This document shows positions 1-11,860 of a DNA stretch of 64,000 nt, one piece after another. The position numbers and the translations under genes are program-made. The notes under the pieces were generated by a model. That model searched no databases and was not told where the DNA came from. It worked only from the letters and a program-made list of their open reading frames with translations. Numbering within the stretch: the first letter of the stretch is position 1; every line of letters starts with the position of its first letter. The DNA is from Phoronis australis (Eukaryota > Animalia > Phoronida): the NCBI GenBank assembly GCA_002633005.1, contig NMRA01000006.1, forward strand, positions 80,485-144,484. The letters run 5' to 3'.

Positions 1-3000
1 GCGAAGTGACAGCAAACTTTTCTTTCCAAAGAGTGATCCTTCCCAACATATCGCCCACCTGCTATTCCACAAGCAGTATCCCACGACGGTGACCAGTGGC
101 AGTGACGTTGATGACCAGTGCTAGCGACGTTGGTGATGGTAAGCAAGCCGGTGATCCTCATACTTCCATCAATGATTATACAGTGAGCAGTGTCAGTGAT
201 GAGGTGACAAATATTCCCGCTACCAACGATCCCATGACTCTCATGACCAGACCTGTAATCCGCTGATCCTGTGGCCTTTTACTTGTTCTTCAACTAAGCA
301 ATCCGCCACAAACAAATGTCAACATAGCTGGCTTGTCACCAGCCATGGCTGGACTTCAACTCTTGACATTTGTCAGCTGGGTACAACTTTTTGAAAAAGG
401 TACACTTTTCATCAACAGGAGCACCCAAAAGGCATGGGTTCAGTGGCTTCAAACAGAACATGAAGTCTAGCTACAGGGTTCTCCATAAGCAAAAACTCAC
501 ACATAGTAAAAATTCCGCATCGTGTTTTTGTATCCCAATTTGGTTTCTATTAATTCAAAAAACAATTAGTTTAATGTCATTTTCATTTCTTGGGCATGCC
601 GCAGTTATCATCACTGCAAAATAGTCAAAAACAATCACTTCTGTGCTACAGTGTTCCAATCATTTGTTGTAATTTTAACTTCAGCTTTTCAAACATTTCA
701 CAGTTTCCCAACAGGGTGCTCTGCGCTGCGCAATGTTTGATGGGAGAACACTTCTGAATCTCTCACCTAGTCGTACATGAAACATGGCAGTAGGGAATAA
801 AATCTCGCGAGACCGAAATCATGGTTTTGCCCAAGCATCGGATGAGCATGATCGGTATCGAGGCGGAGTCCGATGTTGGTGAAATACAAGGTCAAAGAGC
901 TATGTTGTATCAAAAGATATTAAAATATTTTTTTAAGTAAAATTCATTCATATCCTTCCAAAGCCTTGAAAGTAATAATTTGAGCAAATTTCAAGTATTG
1001 TAACTAAAAATTGGGTTGCAGCTCATTGGATCTTCCGTCCTTTCAATTACAATTTGTAAAAAAGGGACAACATTAATGCCAACCCCCGTCTCAACATACT
1101 TAATTTTACAAGGTGCCTTCAAAGCACCAAAGAGTTAGAGCTCTGCACATGATATTTAAAAAATGGCCACCAAAGCGCCGTCTTCCATCCAATTTTGGCC
1201 AGAAACATAAGGCTTTTTAACATGTCAGGTGAAATTGATGTCGATCATATGGACAGTGTGATCTGAAGCCTGTGAATAACAAACCAACAAAAGCCCAGCA
1301 AGTACAGCAATCTGTGCAGAAAAGAAGCGTCAGAGAAATAAATCTCAAATAACTTGGGAACCTCGGAGCGAGGGCACAGATAGTGTCCCATATTTATTCA
1401 CATCAAATGCACAAAAATCAATCACTTGATGAAGTCATCAGAAAACCTAGAATAACTTAAGAAGCTTAGTAAATAGGAAAAATTACGGCGTATTTCATAT
1501 AGCTCCAGACATGATCACTCTTCATATGAAATTTTAAACATATCAAATTTCAGAAAAGTCTGTCAATGGACCGCAGAGCCAGAGCATCATGACACAAAGC
1601 TGGACAAAATCCGGCCAGACAGTTTTAGTGCGACCATTAGCCAGAGTTAACTAAACATAGTGTGTCCATGAATTATGCATGCCTCAAAGAGGTGAGGCAC
1701 ATTCCTAATATTTTTCCTTTTACAGCCGCTTCAACCTCACACAGTAATGTCAGAAGTTTAGTTCGTGGTTACGCCACCAACACAATTATGCCGGACAATT
1801 AAGCTTCCTCATTACTAACAAAAAATCAACTCCGGAAACCATACTGACTTCTCAGCATCATAAAAGAATATCAAAATTGTAGTCAAATCAGACAACTAAT
1901 GAAGTTTTCAGAATATATACGCTTTTTAATCACAAACTTGACAATAAAATCCCCGTCTAATTACAAATGTGTATTGCAGCGACACTTGCTTATGACATCT
2001 GCTTACTGTATACCCACCCAAGTAATATGAGGACTGTCAATACTGGCCAACACAGGTTGAGTAACTGTCCAGTCAACCTGTGATTCATAAACCAGGATGT
2101 AATTGTACACCACATCTAGGCAAGAATGGAATGCACACCAAATCCAGCCTCAGTTACCACAGCTGATTGGGAGAAACAGCTGCCATCCACCAAACTAGAC
2201 ACCACTACCTAAATAATAGAATTGACCCAGACAGACCCTTCCTCCAGTCAAACTTGGTGAGGTAATCATGTAACAGTACCAGGCTTGGTCCTTCTCATTA
2301 GTAGACATTAGTGGTGGACCTAAGCAGGCGCACAAAACCACAGAATACATTGAAGTGAACATCCATAAGCAGAATGTCAAAGCCATTTTGGGCAGGCAGT
2401 TTGGACAACAGGGTGTATCTGTCATGAAATCCCATGATATATTCATAATATATTTTGCTTAGTGTGTTGCTTTTGATAGTATTATTGATATTATTGCTTC
2501 ATTAGCAGATTGTTGATGTTTACATAAACTTGTTTTGCTTTCAGTGGCCCATCCCAGGGCATCCACACATTAATTTTGATGAACTCTGAAGTAAACTAGA
2601 TTATGTAATGGTCAGTCACTCATGCATGCCTTGGGACAGCTGACCATTACCATATATGGCAAACACAATAGAGTAGTTCTGATGATTGTTGTGAAACTTC
2701 CTAGAGTTGTTTACTGCTATTTCCTTTAGAACCTCGAATCTTGAAGTTAAGTGTAGGCAACCCACACATTTGTAACTAGTATAAATCTTTCACTTAAGAG
2801 TCTAATAAAGACAGTCCTCACTTTGCCACTGTCAGTAGTTGTTACTAGTGTAACTGAGTGTTATACACTTAGTTACAGAATATAACCATTTCACTGACAT
2901 ACAGTGACGTTTCACCCAACACAACGCTGCGGCTACGTTGCACTCTAATCCTCAAGTTATACTACAGTATTCAGCCAAACACCCAACTATAATAAGCACG

Positions 3001-3776
3001 AGGCGTACTGCCATCACCAACAAGTAATGCAAATGCATTCTTCTGTTTCAGCAAACAGAATATTCTTTCAGACTACTTGAACAAAATCCAGCAGTGAATA
3101 AATAACCCGAAAGCACCCCATCTAGTGTTTGGTAATGGAACTAGACTATGTTTTGACAGTGTAACATGTGCTGTTTTTTTTGTATCAACCTACAATTTCC
3201 AATTAAATTTTCAGTCATTCCAGAGCTCGGAAATCATTTCCAATACAAGAGCACATTTTCACGTTTTTTTTTTTACAGCTGTACGCGATTCATCAGATAG
3301 TTACACTTTAGACTTTGAAAAACATCGAAGGCTGGCGAATTTATGTCATATAGGAATTTTTTCTAATCGAGGAGTAAAAATTTATAGAATTTAAACAATG
3401 CAGACTATTTATTCAGCAAACTGTGTAATAAAAAAGTTTACCTATTATGCCTGCATTAGTTAGCAGAAAACGACATGCTTGGTATGGAAAAATCTTCAAA
3501 AAATCTGGAGTTAACGCTGCCGGAGCTCACGAAAAACCATCCATGTCATAATGAAGCGTTTCCTGTTTCAAGGTCTTTATCATAGTCTCTGTTCTACCAC
3601 AACCAGCACAATAGCTAGCTTGCCTGACAAAAAATGAGGACCAGACCACACCTCTTCAATTAGCCAGCATCCTCAGTGGTGTCCCACTATGCTTGTACAG
3701 GGCAGTTCAATGATCATTTGCAAAAGACAGCAACAGAAATCTCCACCAACATCTTTTGTATTTCAAGGAAACTTAC

Positions 3777-3868
3777 AGATGCGCTTATAAGTAGGAACGG
3801 TAGAACTTGTTAGAAACACACATCAGGTAAAAGGAATCACTTCATCCATGATCTTCCCCAGGATTCAG
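3777..3868 (-). other. Candidate non-coding or UTR exon (92 nt)
   Basis: Minus strand shows a strong acceptor (tcttttgatttttgtag) and consensus donor (gtaagt); all three frames contain stops. Confidence 0.35.
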
Positions 3869-4934
3869 CTACAAAAATCAAAAGACTTTGTTAATAAATT
3901 CTCAATGACCTAAATAAATTCTTTTTCATTTAAGTTTTGGCAGCCATATTTCATTCGGTGACCATTTTGGAAATCAGTGGCCAAACTCCAGGTTACTCAG
4001 TACAGTATTACACTCACAATATCCTCCACAGCTGGCATTCTACATTTCTTCCCACATGCAGCTGCACTAATGACTTGTAAAGCAATTTATTCATGTATTT
4101 ATAGAATCAAACAGCCAATGAGAGACCAGTCACTTATCTTCCCATAGAGTCCAAGAAAGAATGGCAGAGTCCAATAACCAGAGTAGGGGTGTAGTGTGGT
4201 GCAAATAAGGATAAGATTTTCAGAGTTCAGTTGACACATCACAAGCAGGCAAATTAAGATTAACCACCAGGACCAGGCCCTTTTTATCTTGGATCAGAAG
4301 TTTGGATGTAACTAAAACAACGATAGGCACCTAATTGCAAATGGGAGTGAATATATTACAACTCTTGCTAGCTTGATAATTTATCACATTCAGACTTAGC
4401 AATAACTTTCACAAAGAACTGTGAGCAAATTAAAATAAACATATTAGCTAAGGTGGCCTTTTAAAGTTTGATAAAAGAGGCTCCAGATTATCTGATTACA
4501 AACTTTTCAGAGAAGTGAAAAAGTACTCACTCACATACAACATTGATTTTACTCCAGCATTACATTACAATCATGGCTATCCTCAATGTTGGCATCTATT
4601 TAAAGCAGCAAGTCACCTCCTCTCATGTTTCACTTCAACAACCTTACAATCCCTATTGTCATAATGCTCTCATCCATAACATCCTGCACTATGGGATATA
4701 ACACAGATTAAGACCACAAGTTGAATAGATTGAATAATACTCAAATATCACAGTTACAGCTTTGTTTGGCTGGCACAAAAGACTTAATGCCTGCAGGGAC
4801 CAGGGCTGACAATCAAGTGCTTTGGAATAATGAGGTGTCATTCAATTATAGCCAGTCACTTGTTTGAAATAAGATTATCCTGAATGACATGGTGGTATTT
4901 AAACTGCTCCCTGCATGCTCCACTCTTGTATATA

Positions 4935-5652
4935 AGGCACCTAAACTACACAGACTGTTAAACAGTGGTATCAGACACAAAAACACGACTCATGTACCTG
5001 TACACACCCTTCAACGACTCACTTAACGGGATCGGACTCACAAAACACGATTCATTCACCCAAAATACACGATAAAGGACTTACATTCTCGTAGAAACAT
5101 GGCACACGGAACGCCAAACACGGCTTACGGATACAGAATAGAAATCGGTTTCGACAGCTGTGTAATGGGTGCGAGATTAAATATATTTTTTGATCACAAG
5201 TTTGTCGAACAATAAACATTATTTTCATTTAAACTGCTTAATTGTTCTACAATTTTTTGGCATTCAAAAACTTTTAGTAACATCAATTCTCAATTTTGAC
5301 AGTGAGAGTAGCGACTTCCAGTATACCTTCTGCTTTCTTCTCAAAATGACATGGACCGTTCAAACTCCGTACAAAGACCCTCCGCTTCAATTCATTTTCT
5401 GTGTAGCAGTAAACACAACTTCGCGATACTTACCCGGGAAGCCAATGTTTCCGTGACCGTAGTGAACCATTTTTGGCGGTCCGTGTGTCGTGTTTGTGAG
5501 ACTGTGACCATGTATTTTGTGGGAATGAATCGTGTTTTGTGTGTCCGATCCCATGTATGTGAGTTAGTGAGCGGTGTTTGCAAGGACGAGAGTTGTGTTT
5601 TTGCGTCCGACACCGTGTTTAGCAGTCCGTTAATGATGTAGTTTAGGTACCT
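4935..5652. mobile_element. Non-autonomous TIR DNA transposon (MITE), ~135-bp diverged TIRs
   Basis: Left end AGGCACCTAAACTACA...GGGATCGGACTCACAAAACACGATTCATT matches the reverse complement of the right end AGGTACCTAAACTACA...GGGATCGGACACACAAAACACGATTCATT; TSD not clear. Confidence 0.8.
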
Positions 5653-5775
5653 TGCTATAGAGTACTGCATAATTTAAATCTTGGACTATAACTAGATCTA
5701 GCTGGTTTCTCAATGGCCAAACCACTATGTAATTGCCAGGGTTCCCACCATCAACCCATTAGTAGCTAACGCAGT

Positions 5776-5817
5776 ATATATATACAAATATATAAATATA
5801 TATATATATATATATAT
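5776..5817. repeat. (TA)n microsatellite
   Basis: Interrupted TA dinucleotide run seen directly. Confidence 0.9.
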
Positions 5818-6362
5818 GTGTGAGGTCAAACAGATTAATACCAGATGGTCTAGCTGTGATACCTTGTCTATCTGACACAAGAAAAACTAAGAAAAACTAA
5901 CGCAACTCAATGACTGAGACTGATGAAATGGCACCAAACTGATCATGCTCATGCAAAATCTTAATAAACGGACAAGAAAACTTCATCCCGGTAGCCATAT
6001 TGATTGCGGTGGGTTGAGTTTCGTCACAGTGTTATATTTGTGACTAGTTTTTTAACACTGTTCTTTACTCATATGTTCTGAAGATGTGTAACGAAGGTGG
6101 TATTTGCGCGACAGCAGATTCGAAACGCAGGACAGTCCTGATAAAAGAGGAAGGCTGACAGCTATGAAAAGTATTGAAATTGTATTTAAATCAAATATTT
6201 TGTCACAAGGTTAACAAACCGCACTTGTAACATAATTATGTCATGCAAAATCATGCCATCTTAAGTATATTTACTTGTTATACAATTTGCAAGTACAGTA
6301 ATTGGTTTGTAACAGAATTGACAGTGCTGTTGTATTAAATGATAGGAAAGCTTTGATGATGA

Positions 6363-6546
6363 TCTGGTTGGTCTTCGGATCTGTCATACCAGTAGTTACA
6401 CAAGAATTATCAACATAGGATAATCTAGCTGGAACCCCTGGGTCTGTCAATATAGTGCAGCAAGGATTATCGACATTACAGATTTGAGGATAAACTAACT
6501 GGACCTTGGTATGTCACGGTGATAGTTACCCAGGAATTATCAACAT
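6363..6546. repeat. Diverged ~60-bp tandem repeat, 3 units
   Basis: Three units, each with a GTCA...(G/A)ATTATC(A/G)ACAT core. Confidence 0.6.
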
Positions 6547-6551
6547 CGCCA

Positions 6552-6642
6552 GAATGTTCACCAAGAGTGTTCACCGCGAGAGTGTTCCTCGCGAGAGTGT
6601 ACACCGCGAGAGTGTTCACCGCCAGAGTGTTCACCACGAGAC
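6552..6642. repeat. 15-bp minisatellite GAGTGTTCACCGCGA, ~6 copies
   Basis: Tandem units read directly; explains the GEHSR repeats in ORF 6558..6746. Confidence 0.9.
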
Positions 6643-8731
6643 ATGATAATAATCATTATATAAAAGGCTAACTCTATGACAGAGACACACCAAGAAGACC
6701 TACAAGACCAGACCGAAAGTAGCAGACCGAAAAGATTCAACCACAAAACAACAGAGGTGCTAGAAAGATGACATCAGACAAGAAGCCACGAGTAACAACC
6801 TGATGCTTGGACATTTTAGTGCGGGCATTGGTCTGCATGAGCCTGTCAGTCAATTCCAAGGAGTTTGGTGATTGCTCTAAAGGGTTAGTGTTAGTGTGTC
6901 TCTTGATGCGATGGTGTGTGCGGTAGCAAGCGGTAATTTAATTGGCACTGTAGATCTAGCTTCTTCACCAGAATTGATATCTCGTCTTAGTCAAATAGTC
7001 ATCAGTAATCTAATTGTTTGTTAATCACAACACGGCCAACCAAGAGGTATCTATTTGTCAAGGCATACGTTGTCGTATTTGCTACCGCGTGTGCAGCATC
7101 TGTCGGCCGCAACACGCAACGTTATACCACGCTCTTCCCCGTCACCTCAAAATGCACAAACTCAGAATTAGGAGAACAAGCAAAAATACAACTTGGAAAT
7201 CTGAATAAATTATGAGATCGGGTAGACATTTTTCAATTGATCCAAGGGCCGACATCAGGACACCTGCCAGCCTTGCATAGCTTGACGCAGCAATGTGTTG
7301 CGTAATGGTAATGGACACCAAAATTCTGCCATTTGAAGGAATAGAATAGGTATGTGTAATTTTTAATAATGGAGACCGCGGCATGATTTCTTTGGTCGGC
7401 AACCGCTGAACCCAGCATTATCCACGGAAAACTAGGTCGCAAGCTCGTCACATAGAGACCGGAATATAGGCATATCGATTCTTCACTTTATTTTTCTCTC
7501 CTATGATCAAGATAATGTCAAACATTTATTACTAACCAGCTTACGCCCGTCGCATGATCTCACAAGTTAAACAGTATCTTGCGACATCATTTTTCATTTG
7601 GCAAGCTGGGATTTTCGATACGTCGCATTTGGCAAGTGGGTGTTAAGCTCAATTAAGGGCCTAGCACTGGTCAGTTTTGTGCAAAAAAATTGTTGCATTG
7701 TGCAAGGATGGTTGCTCATGTAAGAACTATAATTTAAAGGATAACTGGTGGACTTAAAATGATACTCAATCTTACTTTGGTGATTTCAACCAATCCTTGT
7801 TCTGTCCCCAGCTAATGCACCAGGGGTGTTCCATTTGTGTGATAAAGCACGTAGAAAATAAATCTGAAACTAAATAAGGCGATCCAGATCCGCCCAAGGA
7901 CAGAAATGTAGAATATAAATAGGTAAATAAACAACAAGAATGGATCAACTGAAATTTTCGGATGTAATAACGTCCTTTGTCAACAGAAACAGAAATGGAA
8001 ATAAAGTGATAAAGCAGGATTCAAACTAAAGAACATATTCCCAGAATGTTTATTACAATAAAAATTCTCCACTTTGGCAATCTCTAAAATTTGGGACACA
8101 GAAATTCAATCTGAATTTGTTTTTTGGGGGGTTGCTGAAGATTAGGACACAAAATTTGATCAACTAAAACAAATGGACAGAGAAATAACACCCATTGCAA
8201 CTGCTGTCTATTTGTCAATATATCCCAACTTTTAATTTCATTAAAAACACGACTTTGATCTGTTTTTACTAGTTTAATCTCAGTTCTTTCCAACTCTCTA
8301 AATAGAGATCTTGTCTTTACATCCGGTTAAAGATGGCAGAAATATCGGCCATTGCGCATGCGCACCTCAATTTTCTGACTAAAACGCTTTGCCCTGTGCA
8401 GGGCACATTCTATGACCAATTGCTTCAAAAATTTTCATTTCTTAGTTTCCTGTATTATCAAAGGCTGATCAACTGGAAGTTGTTTTCAAAATGGCAGATC
8501 TGATACAATTTCAGCCTTTTCATTCGTGCTGGGGTGCCATTTTGAACGGGAAGAGCAAATGAACAAATTTTGGCATGTGGATTCTTTGAGGTATAATCCT
8601 TCGAATAACTTGTTTCAGTTTTTTCTCAGATTTACCGTTTTTGAGTTATTTGACTTTCAATTTAACAAAAATGCAACGTTTGAAATTCTTCGGAAATTTT
8701 ACGGAATTTTGTGAAACTACCCGGGTGAGAA

Positions 8732-9088
8732 TTTTACACGTTTGACACGCTTTTGAGCGTGTCAAACGTGTCAGACGTGTAAAAAAACGTGTAATACGTG
8801 TCAAAATTGCCACGTTAATGTGTAAAACGTGTAAAAACATGACACGCTAGCCTGTCAAACGTGTAAAATTTGCCACGTTAGCGTGTCAAACGTGTAAAAA
8901 TTGACACGCTAGCGTGTCAAACGTGTAAAATTTGCCACATTAGCGTGTCAAACGTGTAAAGTTTGACACGCTAGCATATCAAACGTGTACAATGTGACAC
9001 GCTACGGTGTCAAACGTGTAAAATTTTGACACGCTAGCGTGTCGAACGTGTAAAATTTTGACACGCTAGTGTGTCGAACGTGTAAAAT
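8732..9088. repeat. ~31-bp palindromic minisatellite (TTGACACGCTAGCGTGTCAAACGTGTAAAAT), ~8 regular units plus a degenerate start
   Basis: Consensus unit carries the perfect palindrome TTGACACGCTAGCGTGTCAA; no unique spacers. Confidence 0.9.
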
Positions 9089-10019
9089 ATGATAGAACTC
9101 TTCAATAAAGATACAATTTAAATAGGCTTGGCAGTTCTGAAAAGGCCACTGGGAGGTAATCACCCAATTTGAATGATTAAACATGTTCCCTCAATAACAT
9201 CAAAGAGTTTGCAACAAAAGTTTTCACTGCCTATTGAAATATCCAAANTTGCTCTGTAACTAAGTTTTTTTTTTTTTTTACTTTGCGGAATTCTTTGAAT
9301 TCCGTCAAGTATGTTGGTCTGACGGGAAGTTTTTTTTTTGTTTGTTCGCTCTCTACAGGTCGCAATTTTGGTCCGATTTTCACGAAATTTGCACACAACG
9401 TGTAGATCGGGAACTGCTAGAAAGCTATCGTTTTTGGTCATGATCGGATACAAAATGGCGGACGTGGCGGCCATTTTGTATCCGATTTCACAGTCAAATA
9501 CTCGTAGAGGCCGCATTTTTCGACCTACATGGCTGAAAATCGAATATACTAGAACGCATGTGCTACAATTGTGCAGAAAATCATTGACTTCCAGTTAAAG
9601 ATGGCGGAAATATTGGACGTGGCGCATGCGCACCCCGAAATATGTCTAAAAACGTTTTCTCCTGCAGAGGGCGCAATTGCAAACCAATCACTTTCAAACT
9701 GGTCACGTGTTTGTTGAGTTTAATAAGCTTTTATAAAAAATTATTGGACCGGAAGTCACTTTCAAGATAGCGGCTGTGGCGCATGTTCACACGGTTTCAA
9801 TCGCTCTGGTGTCGCATTTTTAACGGGACGAGTAAATGACGTGAATTTTTGCATGTGGATTCCTTGAAGTATGGCCTTTCAAAAAGTCTGCAAGAGCGTA
9901 TTTCTCAGACTTACCGTTTTCGAGTTATTTGACTTTGAATTTCAAAAAAAACGTCAAATTTTCGATTTTCTCAAAACATTTTTGGATTTTTGCCAAACTA
10001 ACACTATATAAAGAATTTT

Positions 10020-10527
10020 GAACGGGCTTTCAGAAGATATTTTCCATTTGGCGCTACGACGTCTACTTTTTGAATTATTCGAGATTTTTTGTTACCGTTG
10101 TTCCTTCGGTCACACGCAGCTGGCTGGCTTTCAGCTCACTTTGTTTTGGTTATGCCTAGTTGACCCTGACTGACCCAGCCAACACTGTCCTACTCTAAAG
10201 CATGCCTCGTCTGTAATGTTGCGCCATCTATTGTTCTTTATTGTAGTTGATTGTATGCTCTATCAAAGTACGTAGAGTTGTGGACGGGCTTTCAGATGAT
10301 ATTTTCCATTTTGCGCTACAACGTCTACTTTTGAATTATTTGAGATTTTCGAATGCCGTTGTTTCTTCGGTCACCTATGAAAGAACGCAGCTGGCTGGCT
10401 TTCAGTTCACTTTATTTTGGTTATGCCTAGTTGACCCAAACTGACCCAGCCAGCACTGTCCTACTGCAGACTGGACCGTCATGTTGCGCCATCTATTGTT
10501 CTTTATTGTAGTTGATTGTATGCCCTC
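10020..10527. repeat. ~265-bp direct tandem duplication (10020-10262 / 10283-10527)
   Basis: ACGGGCTTTCAGA..ACGCAGCTGGCTGGCTTTCAG..GTTGCGCCATCTATTGTTCTTTATTGTAGTTGATTGTATG occurs twice. Confidence 0.85.
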
Positions 10528-11625
10528 TATTTGATTTCTTCGCTAGTCACATGAATGTTATTGTGTTTGCCAAAACTACCACTTTAGATAGAGTTTTGAA
10601 CGGGCTTTCATTCTTTATTGTAGTTGATTGTATGCTCTCAATTTGATATCTTCGCTAGTCACATGAATGATATCGTGTTCGTCGTCTTTTCGATTAATTC
10701 CGCCAAGCGTCGCTCCTCCGAGCGCTCTCGTTTTTTTTTTGTTTGTTCGCACGATACAGGTCGCAATTTTTGTCCGATCATCACGAAATTTACACAAAAC
10801 ACGTACTTCCGGAAGTACTGGAAGCCTATTGTTTTTCGTCAAAATCGGATCCAAGATGGCGACTGTGACGGACATTTTGTTTCCATTTCAAGGTTCAAAT
10901 GCTTCTGGAGGCTACAACTTTTTACGTAAAAGGCTAAAAATCGGCACAGTAAATGGACCGGAAATTTGCTACAAGTATACCGGAAATTGTTTGCTTCCTG
11001 TGAAAGATGGCGGAAATATCGGCGATCGCGCATGCGCACCTCGATTTTGGCCTAAAACGTTTTCTCCTCTAGAGGGCGTATTATAAGACCAATTCCTTCG
11101 AGTTTTTACAGGTATTAGTTTCTCATAACATGCTATTATACAAAGCCGAAAAATTGGAAGTTGCTTTCAAGATGGCGGATCTGGCGCATGTTGACCCATT
11201 TTCAGTCGTCTGGAGTGCGATTTTAAACGGGAAGAGAAAAAGACGTGATTTTTTTGCATGTAGATTCTTTGATGTATAATCTATCTAATGGCCTGTAAAA
11301 ATTTTTTTCTCAGACTTACCGTTTTCGAGTTATTTGACTTCGAATTTCTTTAAAAAAACGTAAAATTTCATTTTTTTGGAAAAATTTACGGAATTAGGCG
11401 ATACCATCAGTTTAGATAGAATTTTGAACGGGCTTTCAGAAGATGTTTTCCATTTTTCGCTAGGGCATCTACTTTTAGAGTTATTTGAGATTTTCTGATA
11501 ACGCTGTTCCTTTGTTGAGCGCTCTTGCTGCATTGATGTTGGTTTATCTTCTATTGAACTAGACTGTAGACTATTTCTTATTGATTTATGACATCTAAGT
11601 TCATCATATGAATGTTGTGATGTTG

Positions 11626-11860
11626 TTCATCATCGCCACCACCATCGTCATCTTCGTCATCATCGTCATCATCTTCGTCATCATCTCCGTCGTTGTCTTT
11701 TCCGTTAATTTCGCCAAGTGTCGCACAAGACTGTTGCCTTTTTCTTACTGATTTCGGACTTCTACGTTCGTCATGTGTATGTTATTATTACTTCTTTTGT
11801 TTATCCTCGCCACCATCGTCGTCATATTCGTCATCTTCGTCATCATCTTTATCATCATCT
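11626..11860. repeat. Two (TCA/TCG/TCT)n trinucleotide tracts
   Basis: Low-complexity tracts at ~11626-11695 and ~11805-11860. Confidence 0.85.

Noticed and set aside
1-280. Open minus-strand frame (~90 codons) running off the window edge
   Set aside because: No recognisable domain, weak acceptor and no start codon context; cannot be supported.
8732-9088. CRISPR array (palindromic ~30-bp repeats)
   Set aside because: Units abut with no unique spacers, there are no cas genes and the context is eukaryotic; it is a minisatellite.
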